A stretch of DNA of 64,000 bases from positions 6,758,001 to 6,822,000 of the forward strand of contig OZ024758.1 in NCBI GenBank assembly GCA_964016885.1. Reading direction: 5' to 3'. Under the pieces are notes generated by a model. The model ran no database searches. It saw only the letters and a program-made list of their open reading frames with translations, and was not told the DNA's origin. This DNA comes from Eledone cirrhosa (Eukaryota). Within the stretch, counting starts at the first letter, position 1. Each line of letters begins with the position of its first letter. The position numbers and the translations under genes are program-made. Below, piece after piece: positions 13,954-27,168 of the stretch.

Positions 13954-16900
13954 TATATACACATGCACACATATAAATACATACACATATATGTATATAT
14001 ACACATATGTACACACACACGTATATATATACACACATACACACAGACACACACACATATATATATATATATATAAGAAAATGAGGTTGTTTTTAAATGA
14101 AAAAAACGAGATGTCCTACACGAGTGAAAGTAATAGGAAAAGAAATCGAAAATGCAACTGGAGTCTTTTTAAGAATATTTATTTGTTTCCTTTACGTGTT
14201 TCACAGTTCTTATGCTTTTCAAAAGTAAAATTGTGATGGAAGGTTTGTGGTTTTTATATATATATATATATTTCATATAGAAATTACTTCTACAGGATTA
14301 GAACTGTTTCATTCACATGAAAACATCAGGAATGTCCCTCATGTAGAACTCTTATTTATTATGTCCTTTCCTTACTTAAGATGCTAGGGTGTGATTTAAG
14401 GTAGATTTTGGCTGCTGCTTCTAGTAGGTGAAGCAACCACATAATTCAAATGACAATAAACATGATCCTGTAACTCCCGAGGGTGTCATAGAGGTGCTGT
14501 ATTGACATACAGCATTTCTAGGACATTATAAAACCTGGTGGAGCTCATCTCCTCTCCAGGTCAGAATACAACAGATTTCTTCCAGAGAAGGAAAGATAGA
14601 GTGAAATAATTGTTTCTACTTTTGGCTCAAGGCCAGCAATTACCCAGTGCATTACTGGTACTTTATTTTATCGACCCCTTAAGGATGAAAGGTAAAGTTA
14701 ACCTCGACGGGATTTGAACACAGACCGTAAAGGGACATAACTATGCTAGAAAGCATGGTGTCAAACCCTCTACCAATACTGCCAATTCACCGCCCTTGTA
14801 GAGTGAAATAATGGAAGTGAGAAAGAGATATAGAGGAAGAATTGACCCCAGTACTAGACTGGTATTTTTTTATCGACCTTGAATGGATGAAAGATAAAGT
14901 TGACTTAGGTGTGATTTGAACTGAGAGAGTAGAGAGCCAAAATTAATACTGCAAAGCATTCGATCCGACGTTCTAATGACTCTGCCAATTCCCTGCCTGA
15001 GAATAAGCATATGAAAGTTTAAAACTGTGATACTTCAAATTGATTTTACCTTCAGAGTGATTTTGAATTCATTCTGTTGGCGAGTAAGGTTGGATTTCTG
15101 TAACTCCAAGTCAGGTCGCTCTTTACTCACAACAGCGGCCAGTAACTGTTCTTCAAGTCCATCACGTGTGACAGAGAAGTTAATCAATGTTGTTTGGGCT
15201 TGTATTTCTGGCTGGTAATGAGGATTTGCCAGTTTAGTATGAAGGATTAACTGGAAAGACTCTTTATATGAAACTTCTTTCTCACCAAATTTGATGGCTG
15301 TTCCCTGATGAAGAAATTAAGTAAACTATTATAATTAGTATGCAGTCATGATAATAATTTCTAGTATAGGCACAAGGCCAGTAATTTTGGGGAAAGGGAA
15401 AGTCAATTAAATCGACCCCAGTGCATTACTGGTGCTTTATTTTATCGACCCCATAAGGATGAAAGGCAAAGTTACCCTCAGCAGGATTTGAACTCAGAAC
15501 ATAAAGGGACATAACTATATACCAGAAAGTATATTGTCCAACGCTCTACCGATATTGCCAAGCTACCACATACAGTCAAAATAATATAATGTTATTTCAA
15601 CTATCATCATCATCATCATCATCATTTTACGTCCACTTTTCCCAGCTTGCAAGGGTTGAACTGAACGGGTTTTCTTCAGCACAGCATCTCCTCTGTGAGC
15701 TTCAGTGATCTGAGGCCAGCTCTCACCACCTCCACCCATGTTTTTCGTGGTCTTCCTCAACTGCGTCTTCTTTCCACCTTCATAATTTTTAACACCCTTT
15801 AATGATTTAGTAGAACATATCTAAAAAGGGGTTTGTTAGTTCAAATGTTTATAGCATCTTTATACTAGTGGACAGATCGGAGCAGGCTTAGGACTGGACT
15901 TCGGACCATCGCCTAATTCTCCATAAAAAGCAAAATTATCTAAAGAAGATAAGAAGAGCTAACTCTGGGCATGGATACATTGAAGCTTCGACATCTGGCA
16001 ACTGACTTGGTAAACACCCACAAAATTATTAACCATCTGGCCAACATCAACCCTGAGCACCTTTTTGAATTCCATGTGTCTAACACACGTGGGCATGCCT
16101 TCAAAATCAGAAAACAGCACAGCTCCCATGACTTTCAGAAACATTTTTTCACACTCAGAGTTGCTGAAGCATGGAATAAACTAACTGCATCAGTTGTTAG
16201 CTGCTAAGATACTGCATCCTTTAAAACCTCCATGGAATAAACTAACTGCACCAGTTGTTAGCTGCTGAGACACTGCATCCTTTAAAACCTCCATGGAATA
16301 AACTAACTGCATCAGTTGTTAGCTGCTGAGACACTGCATCCTTTAAAACCTCCATGGAATAAACTAACTGCATCAGTTGTTAGCTGCTGAGACACTGCAT
16401 CCTTTAAAACCTCCATGGAATAAACTAACTGCATCAGTTGTTAGCTGCTAAGATACTGCATCCTTTAAAACCTCCATGGAATAAACTAACTGCATCAGTT
16501 GTTAGCTGAGATACTGCATCCTTTAAAACCACCATGGAATAAACTAACTGCACCAGTTGTTAGCTGCTGAGACACTGCATCCTTTAAAACCTCCATGGAA
16601 TAAACTAACTGCATCAGTTGTTAGCTGCTAAGATACTGCATCCTTTAAAACCTCCATGGAATAAACTACCTGCACCAGTTGTTAGCTGCTAAGATACTGC
16701 ATCCTTTAAAACCTCCATGGAATAAACTAACTGCACCAGTTGTTAGCTGCTGAGACACTGCATCCTTTAAAACCTCCATGGAATAAACTACCTGCACCAG
16801 TTGTTAGCTGCTAAGATACTGCATCCTTTAAAACCTCCATGGAATAAACTAACTGCACCAGTTGTTAGCTGCTGAGACACTGCATCCTTTAAAACCTCCA

Positions 16901-19900
16901 TGGAATAAACTAACTGCACCAGTTGTTAGCTGCTGAGACACTGCATCCTTTAAAACCTCCATGGAATAAACTACCTGCACCAGTTGTTAGCTGCTGAGAC
17001 ACTGCATCCTTTAAAACCTCCATGCTTCCTGAAATTCGCCAACACTACACCTGATATCCCCCTCCATACACACGCACACATGTATATCATGAACATGTAT
17101 ATCATACACTGTTCACTTTCCTGTTCACTAAGTGAATGTTAAATGATAACGGTGATGGTGATGATGGTGATGATGATGGTGATGATGGTGGTGATGGTGA
17201 TTGATGGTGGTGATGATGATGGTGATGATGATGGTGGTGATGGTGGTGATGGTGATTGATGGTGGTGATGATGATGGTGATGATGATGGTGGTGATGATG
17301 ATGATGATGATGATGATAGTATACCTTTTTAATAGTATTTCTCCCAAGCAAAGGGTTTAGAATGGGATCAATGAATTCTCCAATATTTTCAATCAAAACA
17401 GTGTCTCCATTTGAAACAGCATCTTCTATTATATCTATATAACCCTTTTGACCCAAACGAACCGTCTGAAGTGAAGGGTGAGAAATAACAGTTATGAAAT
17501 GTTGAATTATTTAGGAAATAATATATGAAGAGTTTTGTCAATCATTCAACTGATTGCTAAGTTAAATACATCTTCCTACAAATCTTACACCTTCCAGATG
17601 ACATTTGCTGGTTGTTGCAGTCTAGTTATGTATGCCAAGTTTGGGAAGATGGGTGGTCCACTTTTGGTTTGCCAAATTACGAGAGTCAGTATGGTTTGGC
17701 TTGGCAGAAGTCATGAGGACAGGTTTGTGTTCAGTTTAGGGCTGGTTACTGAGGGTTAATAAACTAATTAGAGCAATAACTGTCTTATTTACGTATATTA
17801 AATACTTGGCCTCTCCTCTTTGAAATTCCTCTGCATGTTTTCACTTAAAGCTGGTAAGTTGCAGTATTTCAAATTCAATGTTTGTCACCATTCTAATATT
17901 AGTAACATAGAATAAGTAACAAAATAGAAATTGTTAGTAATACCACCCCCTATAATAATCTAGTATATACAATAATGTGAAGCTACTGTTAGTAATACCA
18001 CCCCCTATACTAATCTAGTATATATAATAATGTAAAGCTACTGTTAGTAATACCACCCCCTATAATAATCTAGTATATACAATAATGTGAAGCTACTGTT
18101 AGTAATACCACCCCCTATACTAATCTAGTATATACAATAATGTGAAGCTACTGTTAGTAATACTACCCCCTATACTAATCTAGTATATATAATAATGTGA
18201 AGCTACTGTTAGTAATACTACCCCCTATACTAATCTAGTATATACAATAATGTGAAGCTACTGTTAGTAATACTCCCCCCCCCCATACTAATCTAGTATA
18301 TATAATAATGTAATACTCCCAAAATATCGATCTAGTATATATGGTTTACACCCACTGTTTAAATAAATTTGAGGTAAGAAACTTGACTAAAACTTACCCT
18401 CAGTTTTGCAGCATAATTCTGTTTGATCCATTTTATACCCTGCAGCTGAGGATCTATGACAAGGGGCCATCGTTCACAATTAGTTAGTATAGTAGCATTC
18501 TCAACAGACATTTTGTCACTTGGTAAACAATCATTGTTCCACTTAGCAATAACTGTGTCATCGATGAGCAAAGAGAGAGGATCAAAGTCACTGGATATTG
18601 GAACAACATTATTAACATCTTTCAAGGCTTTCATCCACTGATTTTCAATTAGATCAAGACGGTATGATTTTGTGAAGCAACCAAGATATGACACAAACGA
18701 TGACACGAGAAGTATGTCACCAGGCAAAGTCTTTTCTTGTTCTCTCAGAATGTTGATTGATTCTGCCCAGCGGACATTTTCAGAAGCTAGTCCACCCACT
18801 AATCGGTTTGCTAGTAAAATGGTGTTGTTAGTGGCATCAGCTTCAGCTTGGCATTTTAGTTTAGCATCGGTTGCCTTTTGGAATTTAGCTGTCAGGGTTG
18901 CTAAAGACATTTCTAATTGAAGAAGTTTTGTTTGTAGAAATGCTAGTTTGTCCTGAGCTGCAACTAATTCTGCATTTGCTACAGTCAAAGCTATTCTTTT
19001 GGGTTCTACATCACAGAATACTTCATAGAATTTCATGATGTTTATTACCCATGCACAAAGACCAGCTGCAGCAGTGGATTTAGCAGCAATTAATTCAGCA
19101 TTGAATTCCTTGTCATTCAGGTATGGTTGAATGGCTTTACGGCAATTCTCATGAATGTGTTCCTTGTCATATTCCTTCAGATTATTCAGGAAGGTATCCA
19201 CCTATATTAAATAGAAAAATCTACTTGTTTTAGTCAAAGGCTAAGAGCTTTGATACTTACATCCTACCAGTTGTGTTATATGGTCTCCAGTGTGTTAATT
19301 GGACGACAAGGTCACTTCAGAAGCTCTCTACATTCCAGAACCACATCATGAGACTTATGAGTGGCAAGTGGCTCAGCAACCATATCTGTATCAGTGAGCT
19401 GCTCAACTTTACCAGACTTAGACCATTTACATCAATTGTCAAGTCAAGAGTACTCAAACTATACGGTCATATAAAAAGATCAACTTGTGGTGTGAGTAGG
19501 TTATGCCTGGAAGGAAGGTTGGCTGATAAGATAAGCAGAGGCTGGCAACCAAAACGATGGCTTGATAATGTCAACTTATGGACTGGGCTTGATCTTTGTT
19601 CTTTAAACTCTGCTGTTGGTGATTGAACTTTGTGGAGAGAGATATCACATGTTGAGGCACAGTCAGCAACTGGCGGAACTTAGCGTCACTTTTATTAAGT
19701 TTTGTTGGAAGAAAAATAATTTAAAAAAAAGCCAAAAAACTAATTTTTACAAAACAGTGAAATTTCTGGACTATTTATAAATTTTCCACAAATTTTTCTC
19801 TTTGTAAATGAAATGATAACTATAACAATGACTCTTAATATGAAGGAAATAGGGGAAAGAGGAAAAATTCTTGCCTTGCTCATGACTGTAGCCTTGGATG

Positions 19901-22900
19901 CCTTCCAGCTTCGGTCTGAAGGTATCTTTCCATCAGGAGCTAACAGGACCATTACAGCAGCAGCAACAGTTACAACTGCAGCCGGAGGGGAACCAAAAGA
20001 CTTCATTTCTGTGAGATTTTTCTGAAATTTACACGATTCTCTAGATTAACTCAACATTTTGAAATATGTCTTACTTTGATAATGATGCTTTTGAAGTTGA
20101 TGATGAAGATAGTGATGATGATGTTGAAAATGGCGATGGTTGCGGTGATTATGTGTGTGTGTATGTGTGTCTCTGTGTCCATGTATGTATGTGTGTGTGT
20201 GTCTATATATGTATGTGTGTGTGTATTTGTGTGTCTATGTATGTGTGTCCATGTATGTATGAGTGTCTATATATGTATGTATTTGTGTGTGTATGTGTCT
20301 GTGTGTCCATGTATGTGTGTCTATGTGTCTATGTATGTATGTGTCTGTCTGTGTGTCAATGTATGTATTTATGTGTGTGTGTCTATGTATTTATGTGTGT
20401 GTGTGCATGTGTCTGTGTGTCTATGTATGTATGTGTCTGTCTATATATGTATGTATATGTGTATGCATGTGTGTCTGTGTGTGTCCATGTATGTACATGT
20501 GTGCATGTCCGTGTACATATGCATGTATGTATCCATGTATATATGTAAGTGTGTCTGTGTGTATGTGTATGTAAGTGCATCTCTGTGTGTGTGTCCATGT
20601 ATTTTTATGAATGTGTTTGTGTGTGTCCATGTATTTTTATGAATGTGTTTGTGTGTGTCCATGTATTTTTATGAATGTGTTTGTGTGTGTCCATGTATTC
20701 GTATGAATGTGTTTGTGTGTGTCCATGTATTCGTATGAATGTGTTTGTGAGTGTCCATGTATTCGTATGAATGTGTTTGTGTGTGTCCATGTATTCGTAT
20801 GAATGTGTTTGTGTGTGTCCATGTATTCGTATGAATGTGTTTGTGAGTGTCCATGTATTCGTATGAATGTGTTTGTGTGTGTCCATGTATTCGTATGAAT
20901 GTGTTTGTGTGTGTCCATGTATTCGTATGAATGTGTTTGTGAGTGTCCATGTATTCGTATGAATGTGTTTGTGTGTGTCCATGTATTCGTATGAATGTGT
21001 TTGTGTGTGTCCATGTATTCGTATGAATGTGTTTGTGAGTGTCCATGTATTCGTATGAATGTGTTTGTGAGTGTCCATGTATTCGTATGAATGTGTTTGT
21101 GTGTGTCCATGTATTCGTATGAATGTGTTTGTGAGTGTCCATGTATTCGTATGAATGTGTTTGTGTGTGTCCATGTATTCGTATGAATGTGTTTGTGAGT
21201 GTCCATGTATTCGTATGAATGTGTTTGTGTGTGTCCATGTATTCGTATGAATGTGTTTGTGTGTGTCCATGTATTCGTATGAATGTGTTTGTGAGTGTCC
21301 ATGTATTCGTATGAATGTGTTTGTGTGTGTCCATGTATTCGTATGAATGTGTTTGTGAGTGTCCATGTATTCGTATGAATGTGTTTGTGTGTGTCCATGT
21401 ATTCGTATGAATGTGTTTGTGTGTGTCCATGTCCATGTGTATGTATGTATGTCTGTGTGTGCGTGTCCCCATGTATGTGTGTGTCCATGTCCATGTGTAT
21501 GTATGTGTGTCCATGTATGTATGTATGTCTGTGTGTGTGTGTCCCCCCATGTATGTGTGTGTCCATGTCCATGTGTATGTATGTGTGTCCATGTATGTAT
21601 GTATGTCTGTGTGTGTGTGTGTCCCCCCATGTATGTGTGTGTCCATGTCCATGTGTATGTATGTGTGTCCATGTATGTCTGTATGTCTGTGTGTGTGTGT
21701 CCCCCCATGTATGTGTGTGTCAGTTAATTCAAACTTACTTTATTGAGAGTGTCAAGAGCCTCCATCGCAGCTTGCAGAGCAGGTTCAGCTCTAGCGAGAT
21801 CTTCAGAACAATCTTTGGCCTTCTTTGACACTTCTGCATTAATTTTCTGTACTTTCAAAGATTCTACATCAGCCACAGCCTTTTCTTGAGCAACTTTCTC
21901 ACTCTCAGCACCAACAACAGCAATCAGTTTATTTGTATCTTCATTTTTCCCAGCAAGTTCAACTTCCTGTATGGCCAGTTTGGCCTTCAAATCGTCAACC
22001 TTAAAATGAAAGTAAATCGAGTGAAGAATATCCAGCACTGGATTAACTCTTTAGCACTCAAACCAGTCATATCCGGCCAGAATCCTCTCACCTCTTTCTG
22101 TACAAATCGGCCGTAACCGGCCACTTATACTTATGTTAAGGTATTGTTCTCAAAATAAATAATATCAAAATCTCATAGATTCGATATTATGTGAGGTAAA
22201 ACCTCTACCATGAAAATATAATAGTGTATATAGAGTAATGTAGATGTTATGTGAGATAATTATGTGAGGTAAAGCCTTTACCATGAAAATATAATAGTAT
22301 ATATAGAGTAATGTAAATATTATGTGAGATAATTATGTGAGGTAAAGCCTTTACCATGAAAATATAATAGTATATATAGAGTAATGTAGATGTTATGTGA
22401 GATAATTATGTGAGGTAAAGCCTCTACATGAAAATATAGTAGTAAATATAAAGTAATGTAAATATTATGTGAGATAATTATGTGAGGTAAAGCCTTTACC
22501 ATGAAAATATAATAGTATATATAGAGTAATGTAGATGTTATGTGAGATAATTATGTGAGGTAAAGCCTTTACCATGAAAATATAATAGTATATATAGAGT
22601 AATGTAGATGTTATGTGAGATAATTATGTGAGGTAAAGCCTCTACATGAAAATATAGTAGTAAATATAAAGTAATGTAAATATTATGTGAGATAATTATG
22701 TGAGGTAAAGCCTTTACCATGAAAATATAATAGTATATATAGAGTAATGTAGATGTTATGTGAGATAATTATGTGAGGTAAAGCCTTTACCATGAAAATA
22801 TAATAGTATATATAGAGTAATGTAGATGTTATGTGAGATAATTATGTGAGGTAAAGCCTCTACATGAAAATATAGTAGTAAATATAAAGTAATGTAAATA

Positions 22901-23863
22901 TTATGTGAGATAATTATGTGAGGTAAAGCCTTTACCATGAAAATATAATAGTAAATATAAAGTAATGTAGATGTTATGTGAGATAATTATGTGAGGTAAA
23001 GCCTCTACATGAAAATATAATAGTATATTTAGAGTAATGTAGATGTTTTGTGAGATAATTATGTGAGGTAAAGCCTTTACCATGAAAATATAATAGTATA
23101 TATAGAGTAATGTAGATGTTATTTGAGATATTATGTGAGGTAAAACCTTTACCATGAAAATATAATAGTGACTATAGAGAAATGTAAATACTAAAGGGTT
23201 AAATAAAGCAAAATTGTTGTTGTTTAGACCAATGTTTCCCAAACACCAGGTTGTGGACCAGTACCAGGTTGTGGACCAGTACCAGGTTGTGGACCAGTAC
23301 CAGACTGTGGACCAGTACCAGGTTTACAATAAATGAAACAAAAAAATGCAGCTATTCTTCTAAATTCTTCTTTACCTGTTCTGATGTTTCATTTAACTTT
23401 TCTAATCCATTCTCAAGTCGAGTAATTTTTGCCTGCAAATTGCGACTCTTTTCTCTCAAAAGATTTACATAGAGTTTTATTTGCTCCAAGAAACTTTTAG
23501 GAGTTGTATAGTTATAGCGTCTTTCATTTTGTAGATATAGAATACTTGCATCATTGACAGTTTGATGAGCATAAGATAAAAATTTACAAATAGCTTCACA
23601 CTGTTCTGCCTGCAAAACAAGAAACAAAACAATTGTTTATAGATATACAAGGGTCAGCTGAAAAGTGAAAAGTTCATAGGCTAATGATGAAGAAGTCATG
23701 TTAGAGCTGTGAAATCTTGCATGCATTAATTCATTAATTTCAACACTTCTTATTAATAACTGCATTGTTTCTTTCAAAGGTCTATGTTGAAAAATAAACC
23801 TCATTTTGGTCAATCCATGAGAGTATCTTGGTTAGTTTATGAACTTATGTGTGTGTATGTATG

Positions 23864-23901
<38 letters not shown>

Positions 23902-26900
23902 TGACGAAGGAAATGTGGTAAGGAACCAGGTGGACCATAACGCACCAAAGTACTCAATACTTAGCGTAGTAGAGTGGGTAATGGGAGCCGCACCGGCTTG
24001 CATACGGGGTCCTACTCGTTCCTATATATATATATATATATATAGGAACGACCACTACCAACACCACTAACACCAACACAACCACCACTACCAACACCAA
24101 CACCACTAACACCAACACAACCACCACTACCAACACCACCACCACTAACACCAACACCACCACCACTACCAACACCACCACCACTAACACCAACACCACC
24201 ACCACTACCAACACCACCACCACTAACACCAACACCACCACCACTACCAACACCACCACCACTAACACCAACACCACCACCACTACCAACACCACCACCA
24301 CCACCACCACCACCACCACTACCAACACCACCACCACTACCAACACCACAACCACTACCACCACCACCATTAACACCAACACCACCACCACTACCACCAC
24401 CACCACCATTAACACCAACACCACCACCACTAACACCACCACCACCACTAACACCAACACCACCACCACTACCAACACCACCACCACCACCAACACCACC
24501 ACTACCAACACCACCACCACTACCAACACCACAACCACAACCACCACCACCACCACTACCAACACCACCACCACTAACACCACCACCACCATTAACACCA
24601 ACACCACCACCACCACCACCACCACCACTACCAACACCAACACCACCAACACCACCACCACTACCACCACCACCACCACTACCAACACCACCACTACTAA
24701 CACCAACACCACCACCACTACCAACATCACCACCGCTACCAACACCACTACTAACACCAACACCACCACCACTACCAACACCACCACCACTACCAACACC
24801 ACCACCACTACCACCACCACTACCAACACCACCACCACCACCACTACCAACACCACCACCACTACCACCACCACTACCACCACCACTACCAACACCACCA
24901 CCACTACCACCACCACCACCACTAACACCAACAACATCATCACCATCACCACAAAGTTACTTACACCTAATAAACTGGATTCTTCAAGGAATCTCTGACT
25001 GACAGAAATCAAAGCTTCTTGTGGCCATTCATGGAACCAGTTAATACTGGTACAGTTTGTAATTGCTGGGAACTTCCGACTCCTCACTCGGAGTATGGGA
25101 CCAACAGGTGAGAAACACAAAACAACCTGGAAGAAACAAACAAGAAATACACAATATCAGATCAATATAATATTGATTATGTTCTATAGATCAGACATGT
25201 GAAACTGAGGGTCCCCCGAGGGCCACATGGGTCACATATCTGTTGTCTGAGGGCCACATGGGTCACATATGTGTTGTCTGAGGGTCACATGGGTCACATA
25301 TCTGTTGTCTGATGGCCACATGGGTCACATATGTGTTGTCTGATGGCCACATGGGTCACATATGTGTTGTCTGAGGGCCACATGGGTCACATATGTGTTG
25401 TCTGAGGGCCACATGGGTCACATATCTGTTGTCTGAAGTCCACATGGATCACATATGTGTTGTCTGAGGGCTACAAGGGTCATATATGTGTTGTCTGATG
25501 GCCACATGGGTCACATATGTGTTGTCTGAGGGTCACATGGGTCACATATCTGTTGTCTGAAGTCCACATGGGTCCCATATGTGTTGTCTGAGGGTCACAT
25601 GGGTCACATATGTGTTGTCTGAGGGCCACATGGGTCACATATCTGTTGTCTGAAGTCCACATGGGTCATATATGTGTTGTCTGATGGCCACATGGGTCAC
25701 ATATGTGTTGTCTGATGGCCACATGGGTCACATATGTGTTGTCTGAGGGCCACATAGGTCACATATGTGTTGTCTGAGGGCCACAAGGGTCATATATGTG
25801 TTGTCTGATGGCCACATGGGTCACATATGTGTTGTCTGATGGCCACATGGGTCACATATGGGTTGTCTGATGGCCACATGGGTCACATATGTGTTGTCTG
25901 ACGGCCACAGGTGTGTTTGTAAAGGGCCACAGGTGTGTTTGTAAAGGGCCAAAGGTGTGCTTGGAAAGGGCCACAGGTGTGTTTGTAAAGGGCCACAGGT
26001 GTTCTGTAAACTGTTGTTTAGTTTGGAGGAGATTTGGCTGCCACTTCTAGCAGAGGTGGCTTCATATGACAGACATTTAAATCCTGCAGGTAACTTGTCA
26101 GTTAGACAATAATTATAGTGGATAGGAAGATGAGATGAGGAAGGAAGGGGAAGGGGTGGAGGTAAAGAGGCGAGGGAGGGGAAGGGGGGAGGAGGAGGAA
26201 GGGAAAGGAAGGGGAGTGGAAGAGTGAGGAATAGGAGAAGAGAGGAAGGAAGACAAAGAGGAAGAGAGAGATGAAGAGGAAGAGAGAGGAGGAAGGGGAG
26301 GAGGAGGAGGAAAAAGAAGATCTGTCCTCATCTAAAACACAAACCTACCTTCAGGTTTCTCCGTACTTTATCAATAAAGAATCTCCAGCAGCTTTCTCTG
26401 GCATCGTCCAAGCCCAACCCCTTCACCTCAAGTCGTGTTGTATGAATTACAGTTTCAAGTTCATCATCATTAAACAAGTTCAAGATCTCACCTGAGGTCA
26501 GCAGGTCATTGATAAGCACAAGAAATATCTCATCAGCTACCTGAGCATCAGTCATTAGGAAAACAATGCCAAGACTTTTCAGACCAGCCTTCACGTACAG
26601 TTGGTTGAGGTCAGCTTTTCAAAGGAAATATGGAAATAATATGAAGAGAAAAAGAGAAAAAGAAATAGATATTTGTTTCTACTTTTGACACAAAGCTAGC
26701 TATTATCCCAGTGTATTACTGGTACTTTATTTTATCGAGCCCCGCAAGGAGGAAAAGCAAAGCTAACCTGGGAGGGATTTGAACTCAGAATGAAATGAGC
26801 CATAACTAAATACCACAAAGCATTTTTTCGATGCTCTACCGATTCTTCCAAACCACTGCCCACCGTAGAAAGTAGTAATAATAATTGTTTCTACTTTTGG

Positions 26901-27127
26901 CACAAAGCCAGCTATTATCCCATTGTATTACTGGTACTTTATTTTATCAAGCCCCGCAAGGATGAAAGGCAAAGTTAACCTCGGCAGGATTTGAACTCTG
27001 ACCGTAAAGGGATGTAACTCTATGCTGCAAAGATGGAAATAATGATGAGAAAAAGAGAAAAAAAATATGATAATGTTAAATGGTTCTTTAGATGTATGAT
27101 AGATATATTTAAAAAAGACATGACAAA

Positions 27128-27168
<41 letters not shown>

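Noticed and set aside
14170-14335. Two possible degenerate hammerheads on the minus strand
   Set aside because: Cores deviate (UUGAAAA, CUGAUGU) and the stems are weak; cannot be supported.
17102-17324. Poly-His extension of an AAA5 exon
   Set aside because: Intronic (CAT/CAC)n after a GT donor.
20066-21828. Many His/Thr- or Cys/Val-rich ORFs
   Set aside because: Translations of the TG-rich repeat and the 32-bp minisatellite.
23954-24964. 388-aa poly-Val ORF
   Set aside because: Read-through of a dynein exon into a (GTG/GTT)n microsatellite; a good GT donor lies at 24964.
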